Shown here piece by piece: positions 14,234-25,442 of a stretch of DNA of 64,000 bases; the first letter of the stretch is position 1, and each line of letters starts with the position of its first letter. The translations under genes and the position numbers were made by a program. The stretch is from Vulcanimicrobiota bacterium. GTDB taxonomy: Bacteria > Vulcanimicrobiota > Vulcanimicrobiia > Vulcanimicrobiales > Vulcanimicrobiaceae. The stretch is from assembly GCA_963833095.1 (NCBI GenBank), contig CAWHWQ010000001.1:888595-952594 (forward strand), written 5' to 3'. The notes under the pieces were generated by a model that saw nothing but the letters and a program-made list of their open reading frames with translations, ran no database searches and had not been told where the DNA came from.

Positions 14234-14309
14234 CGCAGCTCCTTTGCGCGCTCAAGTGTAACGCCCTCGCGCGAAGGGGGACGTCGCCGGTCCAGGACAA
14301 TTATGGCGC

Positions 14310-14621
14310 ATGAGCTATCGAGACGAACTGCGCGCCGCCGAGGAGCAAGGTAAAACTGCGCACCAGGCGATGGAGGCGTGGATCGCGAGGCCACTGGACG
14401 CGCCCGACGTACCCGGAGAGGTGCTGGAGGGATACGCGCGCGATTTGCGTGAGAGCCGCGAGCGCATACAACATTTGCTGCGCGAACAAGGTGTGCGCGA
14501 CGATCTTGAAGCGGCGCTCTTAGCGAACGAAGCCTACCATCGCTCGCTCGGTCTGACCATCCGCGATAAACCGGATCCGCCGGACGAGGATGCTGACACG
14601 GGCGATCTTTCGCCAGCATAG
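14310..14621 (+). CDS. Hypothetical helical protein
   Basis: 103-aa ORF with host-like codon usage, divergent from pilus operon. Confidence 0.6.
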   Translation: MSYRDELRAAEEQGKTAHQAMEAWIARPLDAPDVPGEVLEGYARDLRESRERIQHLLREQGVRDDLEAALLANEAYHRSLGLTIRDKPDPPDEDADTGDLSPA

Positions 14622-14685
14622 GCTACACCGATGGAAAGTATTGCTTCCATCGGCTTTGACTAGTCGATCAAATGGATTAGCATGA

Positions 14686-16931
<2,246 letters not shown>

Positions 16932-16937
16932 GACCAC

Positions 16938-16982
16938 AAGGGCTTTACGAGGCCGATTCCACGGCCTCGTAGAGCCCTTTTA
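16938..16982. terminator. Hairpin terminator after katG
   Basis: AAGGGCTtTACGAGGCCG-attcca-CGGCCTCGTAgAGCCCTTTT. Confidence 0.75.
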
Positions 16983-17115
16983 GTGCGAGCAGAACAGCAT
17001 GATTGAAGGCGAGCTGTTCAGGATGAACTTCGTGACCATGCTCTTGCAGACGCACAAAACTCTGAGCCGCGATTTGGCATTGTTGCTTTGCGGCAGCGAG
17101 CGCTTCAGTATTCAT
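16945..17115 (-). CDS. Small hypothetical protein (56 aa), below ORF-track cutoff
   Basis: MNTEALAAAKQQCQIAAQSFVRLQEHGHEVHPEQLAFNHAVLLALKGLYEAVESAS; starts 16 nt after cysteine synthase stop. Confidence 0.55.
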   Translation of the reverse strand: MNTEALAAAKQQCQIAAQSFVRLQEHGHEVHPEQLAFNHAVLLALKGLYEAVESAS

Positions 17116-17130
17116 GCGCACTAGGTCGCC

Positions 17131-18093
17131 CTACGTCTTCGTGAACCCTTGTTCGCGCAGCCACGCATCGTTGAAAATGCGTGAGAGGTAGCGCTGGCCG
17201 CCGTCGCAGAGAATCGTCACGATGGTTGAACCCTCGGGAAACTCCTTTGCGATGCGCACCGCGCCGAAAACGTTGAGGCCGCTCGATCCGCCGACGAAGA
17301 TGCCCTCGCGATCGAGCAGCCAATGCGCCATCTCGATCGCCTGCGCATCGGTCGCGCGAACCGCGCGGTCGATCGGCGCGCCTTCGAAATTCGCCGTTAA
17401 GCGCTTGATGCCGATCCCTTCGAGATCGGAGTCACCTTCGGGTTCGAGCTTGCCGACGTTGACGTAGTTGTAGAGCGAAGAGCCCATCGGATCGCAAAGC
17501 ACGGTAAGGATCTTCGGGTTGCGCGCCTTGAGCGCCATCGACGTTCCGGCAACCGTACCGCCGGTTCCCGCCGCGGCAACGAACGCATCGATGCGCCCCC
17601 CCGTCTGTTCCCAAATCTCGGGGCCGGTGGTCAGTTCGTGCGCGCGGCGATTCGCGGTATTTTCAAATTGATTGGCCCAGAACGCGCCGGGCGTCTCTTC
17701 GGCGACCCGGCGCGCAACATGATAGTAGTTCTCCGGATTGGTGAACGGGGCGGCAGGAATCACACGGACGTCGGCGCCGCACACGCGCAGCAGATCGATC
17801 TTCTCTTGCGATTGATCGTTCGGAACACAGATGATGCACCGGTATCCGCGTTCGTTTGCAACCAGCGCGAGCGCGATACCGGTGTTCCCGGCCGTGCCTT
17901 CGACGATCGTACCGCCGGGTTCGAGCGCGCCGCGCGTTTCGGCATCATCGACCATCGCGCGCGCCGCGCGATCCTTGACCGATCCGCCCGGGTTAAGGAA
18001 TTCCGCTTTGCCGAGAATGCGCCGCCCGAGCTCTCGGGAGAGGGCGCGCAGCTCGATAAGGGGCGTCGCACCGACAGTGTCCGAGAAACTCAT
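17131..18093 (-). CDS. cysK: Cysteine synthase (O-acetylserine sulfhydrylase family, PLP-dependent)
   Basis: VGATPLIEL, KAEFLNPGGSVKDRAA, EGTAGNTGIALA, TTGPEIWEQT, GTGGTVAG, CDGGQRY. Confidence 0.9.
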   Translation of the reverse strand: MSFSDTVGATPLIELRALSRELGRRILGKAEFLNPGGSVKDRAARAMVDDAETRGALEPGGTIVEGTAGNTGIALALVANERGYRCIICVPNDQSQEKIDLLRVCGADVRVIPAAPFTNPENYYHVARRVAEETPGAFWANQFENTANRRAHELTTGPEIWEQTGGRIDAFVAAAGTGGTVAGTSMALKARNPKILTVLCDPMGSSLYNYVNVGKLEPEGDSDLEGIGIKRLTANFEGAPIDRAVRATDAQAIEMAHWLLDREGIFVGGSSGLNVFGAVRIAKEFPEGSTIVTILCDGGQRYLSRIFNDAWLREQGFTKT

Positions 18094-18097
18094 GACG

Positions 18098-18520
18098 TCA
18101 ACCGGTTTTGATGCGTTTGCTGCGAAGCGTCGTGCTGCTGCCGGTCTGCTGACTTTGATTGAACCCAAGTTTTGGACGGCGCGTCCGCACAACTGCCGCG
18201 ATCGCGCCGTTGGCGTCTTCATCCGCGACGGACTCGACGAGAAGCGCCGAATCCCCGATCTTCGCGCGCGCCGCCGCCATAAAGCGGCGTCCACTCGACG
18301 AGGACAAGCTCGTCAGCTCCTCGACCAGAGCCTTACGCGAGACGGGTTTGTCGCCGGGAAAGAGGCAGAGCTCCGTGCCTTTCGCCGACGGTCGATTCCG
18401 AACGGCGCCGGCCGGCTCAAGTTCTCGCCCGTCGCGAATAAAAACCGAATCAGCCGTCGATGCGCGCAGCGCGTCGAGGATATCGCGCCAGGTAAGGCTT
18501 TTTGGCAGGGAACTCTTCAT
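18098..18520 (-). CDS. Hypothetical protein
   Basis: 140-aa ORF ending 5 nt before cysK start, same strand. Confidence 0.6.
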   Translation of the reverse strand: MKSSLPKSLTWRDILDALRASTADSVFIRDGRELEPAGAVRNRPSAKGTELCLFPGDKPVSRKALVEELTSLSSSSGRRFMAAARAKIGDSALLVESVADEDANGAIAAVVRTRRPKLGFNQSQQTGSSTTLRSKRIKTG

Positions 18521-18579
18521 ACAGGCCCCATTCCACGACGAGTACAGGAACGCCGCCCAATGCGCCTAAGGCTCGACGT

Positions 18580-21444
18580 GTGCTCAGAGCCGGTCCGGGA
18601 CTGCGCCGTCGCGCGCACGTTTATGCGTACACGGCCGTTACCACGGCGATCGTGCTGCTCCTCGCGCTGGCTGAATGGGCCACGGAGAAGCTCGTCTCGG
18701 ATCGATCGAGAGCGGCCAGTACCGCGATCGAAATCTGCATCGTGCTTGTCGGCACACTGGTCTTTCGTCCCCTTCACCAGCGCATTGAAGCAGCAATCGA
18801 CGCCGCGTTTCACCGGCGCAAGCACCACGCGCTCGCGGCTCTGGCAAAATTTCGCCAAGAGCTGACGTCTTTTAGCGACCCAAACCAGCTGCTGCGGCGC
18901 GTTGTCGAGGCGGTCGATCACCATCTCGAGGCGTGCGCGAGCGCTGTCTATGTGCGACGCGATACCTTTGCGGCGGCAGCGTCCTCGTACGACGTCCCCG
19001 CACCGGACCTGGCTCAGAACGATCCACTCCTGGTCCGCCTCCGGTCGAGCGGAGCACCGGCCAAGCCTGCGCAACTGAAGTCGCTGGCACTCGGGACGCA
19101 TGCATTTCCGATGACGTCCGCCGGCGAATTGGTCGGTTTTCTTTCGGTCGATGCCGATCACAGCGACTACGATAAAGAGGAAGCGCAGATGCTCTCCGGG
19201 CTCGCCGAAGATCTCGCGGGCGCGCTCGTAAAGCTCGATCCGCGACTGCGTCCGCAGACGGCGCGCGCTCCCAACAATCTTCCAGCTAACCTCGCTCCGC
19301 TAATTGGCCGCGAACGCGAGCAAGGCGAGATTCTCGCGGCGCTTGCGCAATCGCACCTGATCACCGTCACGGGGTCGGGCGGCGTCGGAAAAACGCGCAT
19401 TGCGCTCAAATGCGCTGCCGACAATCTCGAGCGATACGAGCATGGCGCTTGGTTTATCGATCTCGCGCCGATTCCCAGCGGATCCTTGCTCATTGCGACG
19501 CTCTTGACCGCGCTCGATGCGGGCGCTGCCGAGGACGGGGCCGAGACCACGCGTCTGCTGGGGTACCTGGCGCCACGCGAATTGCTTTTGATCATCGACA
19601 ATTGCGAGCACATGGTTGCCGACGTCGCAGCCCTCGTCGCGCGCATTCGCGCAGCCTGTCCGCGCGTTTCCATCCTAACGACGAGCCGGGAGCTACTCCA
19701 CGCCGAGGGCGAGCAGGTGTACCGGCTCGGACCGCTGACGGCGAAAGCCGCAGCCGAGCTCTTTGCAACGCGTGCAGCAGCGGTCTCGCCGGAGTTTGAG
19801 CGCGACGAGCGGAGCGCAATCATTCACGACATTTGCGATCGTCTCGACGGCATTCCCCTCGCTGTCGAGCTCGCCGCTGCGCGTACGCGGACACTGAGCC
19901 CCGAAGAAATACTCGAGCGTTTGGATGAGCGTTTCCGCCTACTCACCAGCGGCTCGCATACCGCCGCGCAGCGGCAGCAGACGCTCGCCGCGACGATCGA
20001 GTGGAGCTACGAACTTCTCACGCCAAAGGAGCAATCGCTCTTCGAGCGCCTGTCGGCGTTTCGCGGCAGTTTCTCGCTCCCGGCTGCGTCGGCGGTTTGC
20101 GGGGATGGCGACACCTGCGATGAGTTCCACGTCTTGGACGTGCTCACGTCGCTGGCCGATAAATCGCTGTTGACGGTTACGCTGGCGTTGACGACGCGTT
20201 ACCGGTTCTTGGAAACGATTCGCGCCTTTGCCGCGGCCAAAGCTGTCGAGCACCAGGCGACGGCGATTGCGGCGCAACAGCACGCGAGCTATTTTGCAGC
20301 CCTCGCTGCGCAGGCGTATTTCGAGTTCGACTCGCGGCTGCAACCGGGTTGGATCGAGAAGCTTGCACCTGAAGTAGACAACTTCCGCGCAGCGCTCGCA
20401 TGGACGCTCGAAGGGCCCGGTGACCGAAGCGCCGGAGCGCAACTTGCCGCCGACAGCGGACCGATTTTTCTGCGCATGGAATTACTGGGCGAAGGTCTTA
20501 GCTGGTGCGACTCTGCGCGTCGCGTTCATTCTGTCGCGCCCGCGACCGCTGCGCGAATCGAATACGTCGCTTCGATGATGCAGAACAACCTCGGGCAAAA
20601 CGACGCCGCCCTTGCATCGGCGCAGCGCGCGGTCGCACGCTACCGTCCGTCACCGGATACGCGCGGTCTGGTGCGCGCGCTCTCACAAGAAGCGCAACTG
20701 CTTGCAAGGTCGCACCGCTTCGACGAGGCCAAGGCCCCTGCGGAGGAGGCAATACAGGAAGCGCGCGAGTTGGGGGAACCGCTTTTGTTAATCGCGGTGC
20801 TCCGGCGCTGCGCATTCTCGCTGCCGCCCTCGGAGATCGAGCGTGCGCGCGTGCTCTTTGAAGAAGCCTTGAGTGTCGCGCGGTCAGCGCACGCGCAAGA
20901 CGAAATGTGCCGCGTCCTCCAGTGGTGGGCTTCACGGGAATCGGGCGAGCGCGCAATCGAATTGGCCACGGATGCGCTCGAATGGGCCGACAGCCGCGTG
21001 CGAACCAGACTCGAGCTCATGATCTGCACCAACATGCTGGCGGCTCGCCGCCTTGACGAAGCGGAACCGCATGCCCGTGCGGCCCTAGTTCTTACCCTCG
21101 AGGCGAATCATCCGCTCTTGCGCGCTCTTGCGATTGCCTACTGGACCCCATTCCTCGCCGGGCGATCTGCCGACGAGGCCGCAATGCTCTTTGGGTATGC
21201 CAACGAACAGCTTCGCTCGCTTCAGTGGACGGGCGAGGACGACGATCGCCGCGCGCTCGAAACGGCTTCGCATCTCATAGCACAAACGCTCGATTCGAAG
21301 ACGTTCGAGACGCTCCTGAAACGCGGCGCGAAAATGCGCCCCGCAGAAGCGCTGACGATGCTTACGCCGGCGCTAGCACTCGGCTATGCCGGTGGTGTCA
21401 CGGTGCCTGGCGCTGGTGATGGTGTCGGTACACTGCTGCGTTAG
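18580..21444 (+). CDS. Membrane-anchored GAF + STAND/NB-ARC-like ATPase + TPR protein (start uncertain)
   Basis: Two N-terminal TMs; GAF-like region; NNLP..LIGRERE, Walker A GSGGVGKT, Walker B LLIIDNCE, LDGIPLAVELAAAR, RQQTLAATIEWSYELL, RYRFLETIR; helical repeats. Confidence 0.85.
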   Translation: MLRAGPGLRRRAHVYAYTAVTTAIVLLLALAEWATEKLVSDRSRAASTAIEICIVLVGTLVFRPLHQRIEAAIDAAFHRRKHHALAALAKFRQELTSFSDPNQLLRRVVEAVDHHLEACASAVYVRRDTFAAAASSYDVPAPDLAQNDPLLVRLRSSGAPAKPAQLKSLALGTHAFPMTSAGELVGFLSVDADHSDYDKEEAQMLSGLAEDLAGALVKLDPRLRPQTARAPNNLPANLAPLIGREREQGEILAALAQSHLITVTGSGGVGKTRIALKCAADNLERYEHGAWFIDLAPIPSGSLLIATLLTALDAGAAEDGAETTRLLGYLAPRELLLIIDNCEHMVADVAALVARIRAACPRVSILTTSRELLHAEGEQVYRLGPLTAKAAAELFATRAAAVSPEFERDERSAIIHDICDRLDGIPLAVELAAARTRTLSPEEILERLDERFRLLTSGSHTAAQRQQTLAATIEWSYELLTPKEQSLFERLSAFRGSFSLPAASAVCGDGDTCDEFHVLDVLTSLADKSLLTVTLALTTRYRFLETIRAFAAAKAVEHQATAIAAQQHASYFAALAAQAYFEFDSRLQPGWIEKLAPEVDNFRAALAWTLEGPGDRSAGAQLAADSGPIFLRMELLGEGLSWCDSARRVHSVAPATAARIEYVASMMQNNLGQNDAALASAQRAVARYRPSPDTRGLVRALSQEAQLLARSHRFDEAKAPAEEAIQEARELGEPLLLIAVLRRCAFSLPPSEIERARVLFEEALSVARSAHAQDEMCRVLQWWASRESGERAIELATDALEWADSRVRTRLELMICTNMLAARRLDEAEPHARAALVLTLEANHPLLRALAIAYWTPFLAGRSADEAAMLFGYANEQLRSLQWTGEDDDRRALETASHLIAQTLDSKTFETLLKRGAKMRPAEALTMLTPALALGYAGGVTVPGAGDGVGTLLR

Positions 21445-21879
21445 CGAGTAGGTTCCTGAGTCGCCGGTGCAATTTGTAACCGCCGTGTATGAACCGCTGA
21501 GCACCGCGGTAGTCGAATTATAGTTTCCCGTGGTGCTGAACGTGCACGTCGTGCCGTTCGCAAAATCGATCACCATCGATCCGCTCACCGAATCCGACGA
21601 TGTCATCGCCAGCGAGATTTGCGCGGCGATCGTCTGTCCGGTTTCTTTGACGGTAATCGTGCCGCCGGCGGTGGTGCCGGTTTGAGCGAGGGTTGCGCTC
21701 GCCGTCCCACTGCCACCTTGCGCGTCTTGCATCGTACCGCTGTAATCGCCGGAAATGTTCGAGGGCTGTGGTGTCGATGCGGCGGGCGCGACCGATCCCG
21801 AGCTGCAGCCGTTCAGCGCGACGAGCGCAATCAATGTCAAAACGCCCGTAGAGAAAAGAGCTCCACGCATCGTGTTCAC
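21373..21879 (-). CDS. Lipoprotein, beta-rich
   Basis: GGAGG RBS; lipobox LNGC; Ser/Thr/Gly-rich. Confidence 0.8.
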   Translation of the reverse strand: MNTMRGALFSTGVLTLIALVALNGCSSGSVAPAASTPQPSNISGDYSGTMQDAQGGSGTASATLAQTGTTAGGTITVKETGQTIAAQISLAMTSSDSVSGSMVIDFANGTTCTFSTTGNYNSTTAVLSGSYTAVTNCTGDSGTYSLTQQCTDTITSARHRDTTGIAEC

Positions 21880-21967
21880 CTCCGTTTAACAGTCTTTGCG
21901 GGTCGGGGACTCTCACCTGCAGCCTTCCGTAGGCATTGGAGCCCACCCTAACGTAAAGACGTTCTTT

Positions 21968-22378
21968 ATGGGACTCGTCATCGATAGCGTCGATCATCTC
22001 GTTCTCAATGTGGTCGACGTCGAGGTTGCTGCTGCGTGGTATCAGCGCGTGCTTGGTATGCACCGCGAGGACTTTACGCCGGCAGGATCATCGAGCGCGC
22101 GTACGTCGGTGAAGTTCGGAAGCCAGAAGATGAATCTCCGTCCCGCGACGGCGAGCGTCGAGGCGTGGTTCACCGGGCGCAATGTCGCACCCGGCAGCGC
22201 CGATCTGTGTTTTCTAACGACAAGCGATCCGAGCGTGGTCGTCGCACATCTGCACGCGCTCGATATTCCGATCGAGTTGGGACCAGTCGAACGAACCGGT
22301 GCGCGTGGTACGCTGCGCTCGGTCTACTGTCGTGACCCGGACGGAAATCTCATCGAGATCGCTTCATACAGGACGTAG
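21968..22378 (+). CDS. VOC/glyoxalase family protein
   Basis: DHLVLNV, FGSQKMNL, GSADLCF, GPVERTGARG..SVYCRDPDGNLIEI. Confidence 0.92.
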   Translation: MGLVIDSVDHLVLNVVDVEVAAAWYQRVLGMHREDFTPAGSSSARTSVKFGSQKMNLRPATASVEAWFTGRNVAPGSADLCFLTTSDPSVVVAHLHALDIPIELGPVERTGARGTLRSVYCRDPDGNLIEIASYRT

Positions 22379-22424
22379 ACTTCCCGGCCACGCATTTCGT
22401 CAACAGCTTAGAGGGTGAGCTTAC

Positions 22425-23609
22425 ATGGCAAATCATACCGGACGTCACTTTCTTCAGATTCCGGGGCCGACCAACGTCCCGGACCGTATTTTGCGCGCGA
22501 TTGACCTGCCGACCATCGACCATCGGGGCCCCGAGTTCGCTGCGCTCGCGCTCGACGTCTTAGACGGCATCAAGACGATCTTCCAAACCAAAAGTCCCGT
22601 CGTCATCTACAGTTCTTCTGGGACCGGCGCGTGGGAAGCGGCACTCGTCAACGCGCTCTCGCCCGGCGACCGTGTTCTCATGTTCGAAACGGGTCAATTC
22701 GCATCGCTCTGGCGCGCTATGGCCGAACGCCTCGGCTTGAACGTGGAGTTTGTCGCGGGCGATTGGCGACACGGTGTCGACCCGGTTGAAGTCGAGCAGC
22801 GTCTCGCGCGCGACAGCAAACACGAGTTCAAGGCTGTGATGGTGGTGCACACCGAGACCTCCACCGGCATCACCAGCCGCGTGCCCGACGTGCGCGCGGC
22901 AATCGACCGCGTGGGACATCCCGCGCTGCTGATGGTCGACACGATCTCTTCGCTCGCGTCGGTCGATTATCGCCACGACGAATGGGGCGTCGACGTAACC
23001 GTCGGCGGGTCACAAAAAGGTTTGATGCTGCCGCCCGGGCTCGGATTCAACGCCGTTTCCCCGAAAGCGCTCGAAGCGTCGCAGCGTTCGCGCTTCACGA
23101 AATCCTACTGGAGTTGGCTCGAGATCCTCAACGCGAACAAAAGCGGCTTCTGGCCGTACACGCCAAGTACCAACATGCTCTATGGGTTGCGCGAGGCGAT
23201 CACGATGCTGCACGAAGAGGGTCTGCCCGCCGTTTTCGAACGTCACGCTCGCCACGGCGAAGCAACGCGTCGCGCGGTGCGGGGCTGGAATCTTGAACTG
23301 GTGGCAGCAGACCCGCGCGAGTATTCGAACTCCGTGACGGCAATCGTCGTACCCGACAACGTTAACGCCGATGATTTGCGCGCGGCTATTCTCGAGCGTT
23401 ACGACATGTCGTTGGGCACAGGGCTCGGACGGCTCCAAGGCCGAGCATTCCGCATCGGGCATCTCGGCTATTTCAACGACTTGATGCTCGCCGGAACGCT
23501 CTGCGGCGTCCAGATGGGCCTCGACCTTCTGGACATACCGCACGGCGACGGTGTGGCCCCGGCACTTGCATTCCTTACTAACGCAGCAGAAAGGCTCACA
23601 ACAGCATGA
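22425..23609 (+). CDS. Class V PLP aminotransferase (serine/alanine-glyoxylate aminotransferase-like)
   Basis: GRHFLQIPGPTNVP, DHRGPEF, SGTGAWEA, DTISSL, GSQKGLMLPPG, FRIGHLG. Confidence 0.92.
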   Translation: MANHTGRHFLQIPGPTNVPDRILRAIDLPTIDHRGPEFAALALDVLDGIKTIFQTKSPVVIYSSSGTGAWEAALVNALSPGDRVLMFETGQFASLWRAMAERLGLNVEFVAGDWRHGVDPVEVEQRLARDSKHEFKAVMVVHTETSTGITSRVPDVRAAIDRVGHPALLMVDTISSLASVDYRHDEWGVDVTVGGSQKGLMLPPGLGFNAVSPKALEASQRSRFTKSYWSWLEILNANKSGFWPYTPSTNMLYGLREAITMLHEEGLPAVFERHARHGEATRRAVRGWNLELVAADPREYSNSVTAIVVPDNVNADDLRAAILERYDMSLGTGLGRLQGRAFRIGHLGYFNDLMLAGTLCGVQMGLDLLDIPHGDGVAPALAFLTNAAERLTTA

Positions 23610-24931
23610 GTGTTCAAAAGCCGCTGACGAGCACAATCGGCGCGTTGCGCGCGTCGCACGTGCGATACACGATCCTTGCACTCATTTGTTTTCTGTATTT
23701 CCTCTCGTATCTCGATCGCACGGCAATCTCGGTAACCGCTCCCGCGATGATCAAAGAGTTTCACTTCACCAAAGCGACGATGGGTCTGGTGTTTTCCGCG
23801 TTTGCGACCACCTATGCGCTGCTGCAAATCGTCGGCGGAGCGTTCGGCGACCGCTTCGGGCCGCGCACCGTGCTGTCGTTTCTGATGGCGATGTGGTCGC
23901 TGTTCACCGTCGCTACCGGCGCCGCCGTCAACTTCTTCACCTTGTTTCTTGCGCGCTTGCTGTTCGGCTTGGGCGAAGCCGGTGGTTTTCCGGTTTCGAC
24001 CCGGGCGCTATCGTCGTGGTTCCCCATGGAAGTACGCGGGTCTCTGCAGGGGATATTGCATGCGTGCTCGCGCACCGGCGGCGCGGTGTCACCGATCATC
24101 GTCGTGGCGATTGTCGCTTGGACCGGCAGTTGGCGCTATGCCTTCTTCGTGCTCGGCGCGCTCGGGATCGTTTGGGCGCTCGCGTTCTATGTCATGTACC
24201 GGAACTCACCAACTGACGTACCCGCAGTCAACGGACAAGAACTCGACTACATCCGCGGCGCTACATCGACGAGACCGGCGGAGGCGCCGCAGCAGCATGG
24301 CATTCCATGGCGTCAGATCCTTGCAAGCCCCGATGTCTGGCTTCTGACGCTAGCGTACTTCGCTTACGGATACACGTTCTGGATCTACATTACATGGCTG
24401 CCGACGTATCTCACCGACGCGCGCCATCTTCCGTTCGGAGCGCTTGCTCTGGGTGTTGCTATCCCGCTTGCAGGCGGCGTCCCGGGCGATTTGGTGGGCG
24501 GATGGCTCTCCGACTACATCTATAAACGGACGGGTGATCTGAATCTGGCACGACGCTGGCCGATCGCCGGCGCGTTCCTCGGCACGGTTGTGTTCATCCT
24601 CCCGGCGATTTATGTCAGCAACGTGGCCGTCGCAATCGTCCTGCTGGCGTGCGCGATGTTCATGCTGGAATGTGCGGTGTCCAATTGCTGGGCCGTCGCA
24701 ATGGACCTCGGCGGTCAGAACTTTTGTGGAACGATCTCGGCGTTCATGAACACTGGGTTTGGCGTCGCCGGCATCCTCTCACCCCTGATTTTCGGAATCC
24801 TCGTGGATCGCACGGGCTCGTGGCTCGTGGGCTTCATGATCGGTTCGGCACTTCTGATGCTCGGAGCAATTGCGATTGTGTACGTGAATGCGACGCATCA
24901 GGTAGGTCACACAACCGTGGAGGTACTATGA
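23606..24931 (+). CDS. MFS transporter (anion:cation symporter-like)
   Basis: YLDRTAIS, GDRFGPR, RLLFGLGEAGGFP, WLPTYL; ~12 TMs; ATGA overlap with upstream gene. Confidence 0.92.
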   Translation: MSVQKPLTSTIGALRASHVRYTILALICFLYFLSYLDRTAISVTAPAMIKEFHFTKATMGLVFSAFATTYALLQIVGGAFGDRFGPRTVLSFLMAMWSLFTVATGAAVNFFTLFLARLLFGLGEAGGFPVSTRALSSWFPMEVRGSLQGILHACSRTGGAVSPIIVVAIVAWTGSWRYAFFVLGALGIVWALAFYVMYRNSPTDVPAVNGQELDYIRGATSTRPAEAPQQHGIPWRQILASPDVWLLTLAYFAYGYTFWIYITWLPTYLTDARHLPFGALALGVAIPLAGGVPGDLVGGWLSDYIYKRTGDLNLARRWPIAGAFLGTVVFILPAIYVSNVAVAIVLLACAMFMLECAVSNCWAVAMDLGGQNFCGTISAFMNTGFGVAGILSPLIFGILVDRTGSWLVGFMIGSALLMLGAIAIVYVNATHQVGHTTVEVL

Positions 24932-25395
24932 TTCGCCGCATTTTCGTACTGGCCGCAACGCTATCGCTCGCGTTCTTGACGACGAACCCCGCGCTTGCAG
25001 GCTGCCGCGGAGGCACATTCGTCACCTTCCAAAACAATACGAAGTACTGCGTCTGGGCGACACTCTACTATTCATACACGATGCAGGCCGGCTGGAAAAT
25101 CGAACGCGCCCACGAGGTGGTTCCGAATGGCTCGTGGTCTTCATGGATCGCGTTTAACTACATCGACCTCGGCCCGCAGATCGGGGCGCGCGCGGAGGTC
25201 ATGAATTACACGAACGTCCCATGCAAGGGTTCCCCAAACGTTGGCGACGTCCGCAGCAATGAAGATGTGCCTCGCGTCAAGATGAATGGCCAGTGGGAGC
25301 TGAGTCCGCGCAAAGCGACGATCAACGACAACAACGGGCGCTTCACGATCGGCCTCGGCCTCGGCCCGTATCCACAGGGCTCGAATTGCTTCTAG
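24928..25395 (+). CDS. Secreted hypothetical protein
   Basis: GGAGG RBS; ATGA overlap; signal peptide MIRRIFVLAATLSLAFLTTNPALA; 4 Cys. Confidence 0.75.
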   Translation: MIRRIFVLAATLSLAFLTTNPALAGCRGGTFVTFQNNTKYCVWATLYYSYTMQAGWKIERAHEVVPNGSWSSWIAFNYIDLGPQIGARAEVMNYTNVPCKGSPNVGDVRSNEDVPRVKMNGQWELSPRKATINDNNGRFTIGLGLGPYPQGSNCF

Positions 25396-25398
25396 AAC

Positions 25399-25429
25399 GG
25401 AAAAAGCCCCGCGCAAGCGGGGCTTTTCC
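25399..25429. terminator. Bidirectional terminator
   Basis: GGAAAAAGCCCCGC-gcaa-GCGGGGCTTTTCC between convergent genes. Confidence 0.85.
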
Positions 25430-25442
25430 TTGGTAGCCGTTC

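Noticed and set aside
14628..14653. Inverted repeat CCGATGGAA-N8-TTCCATCGG as an oxidative-stress regulator site
   Set aside because: Does not match an OxyR, PerR or Fur consensus I can support; could equally terminate the 14310 gene.
25399..25437. AGCCCCG terminator followed by TGGTAGC as a fourth att remnant
   Set aside because: Only a 7-nt match with different spacing; adequately explained as a bidirectional terminator.
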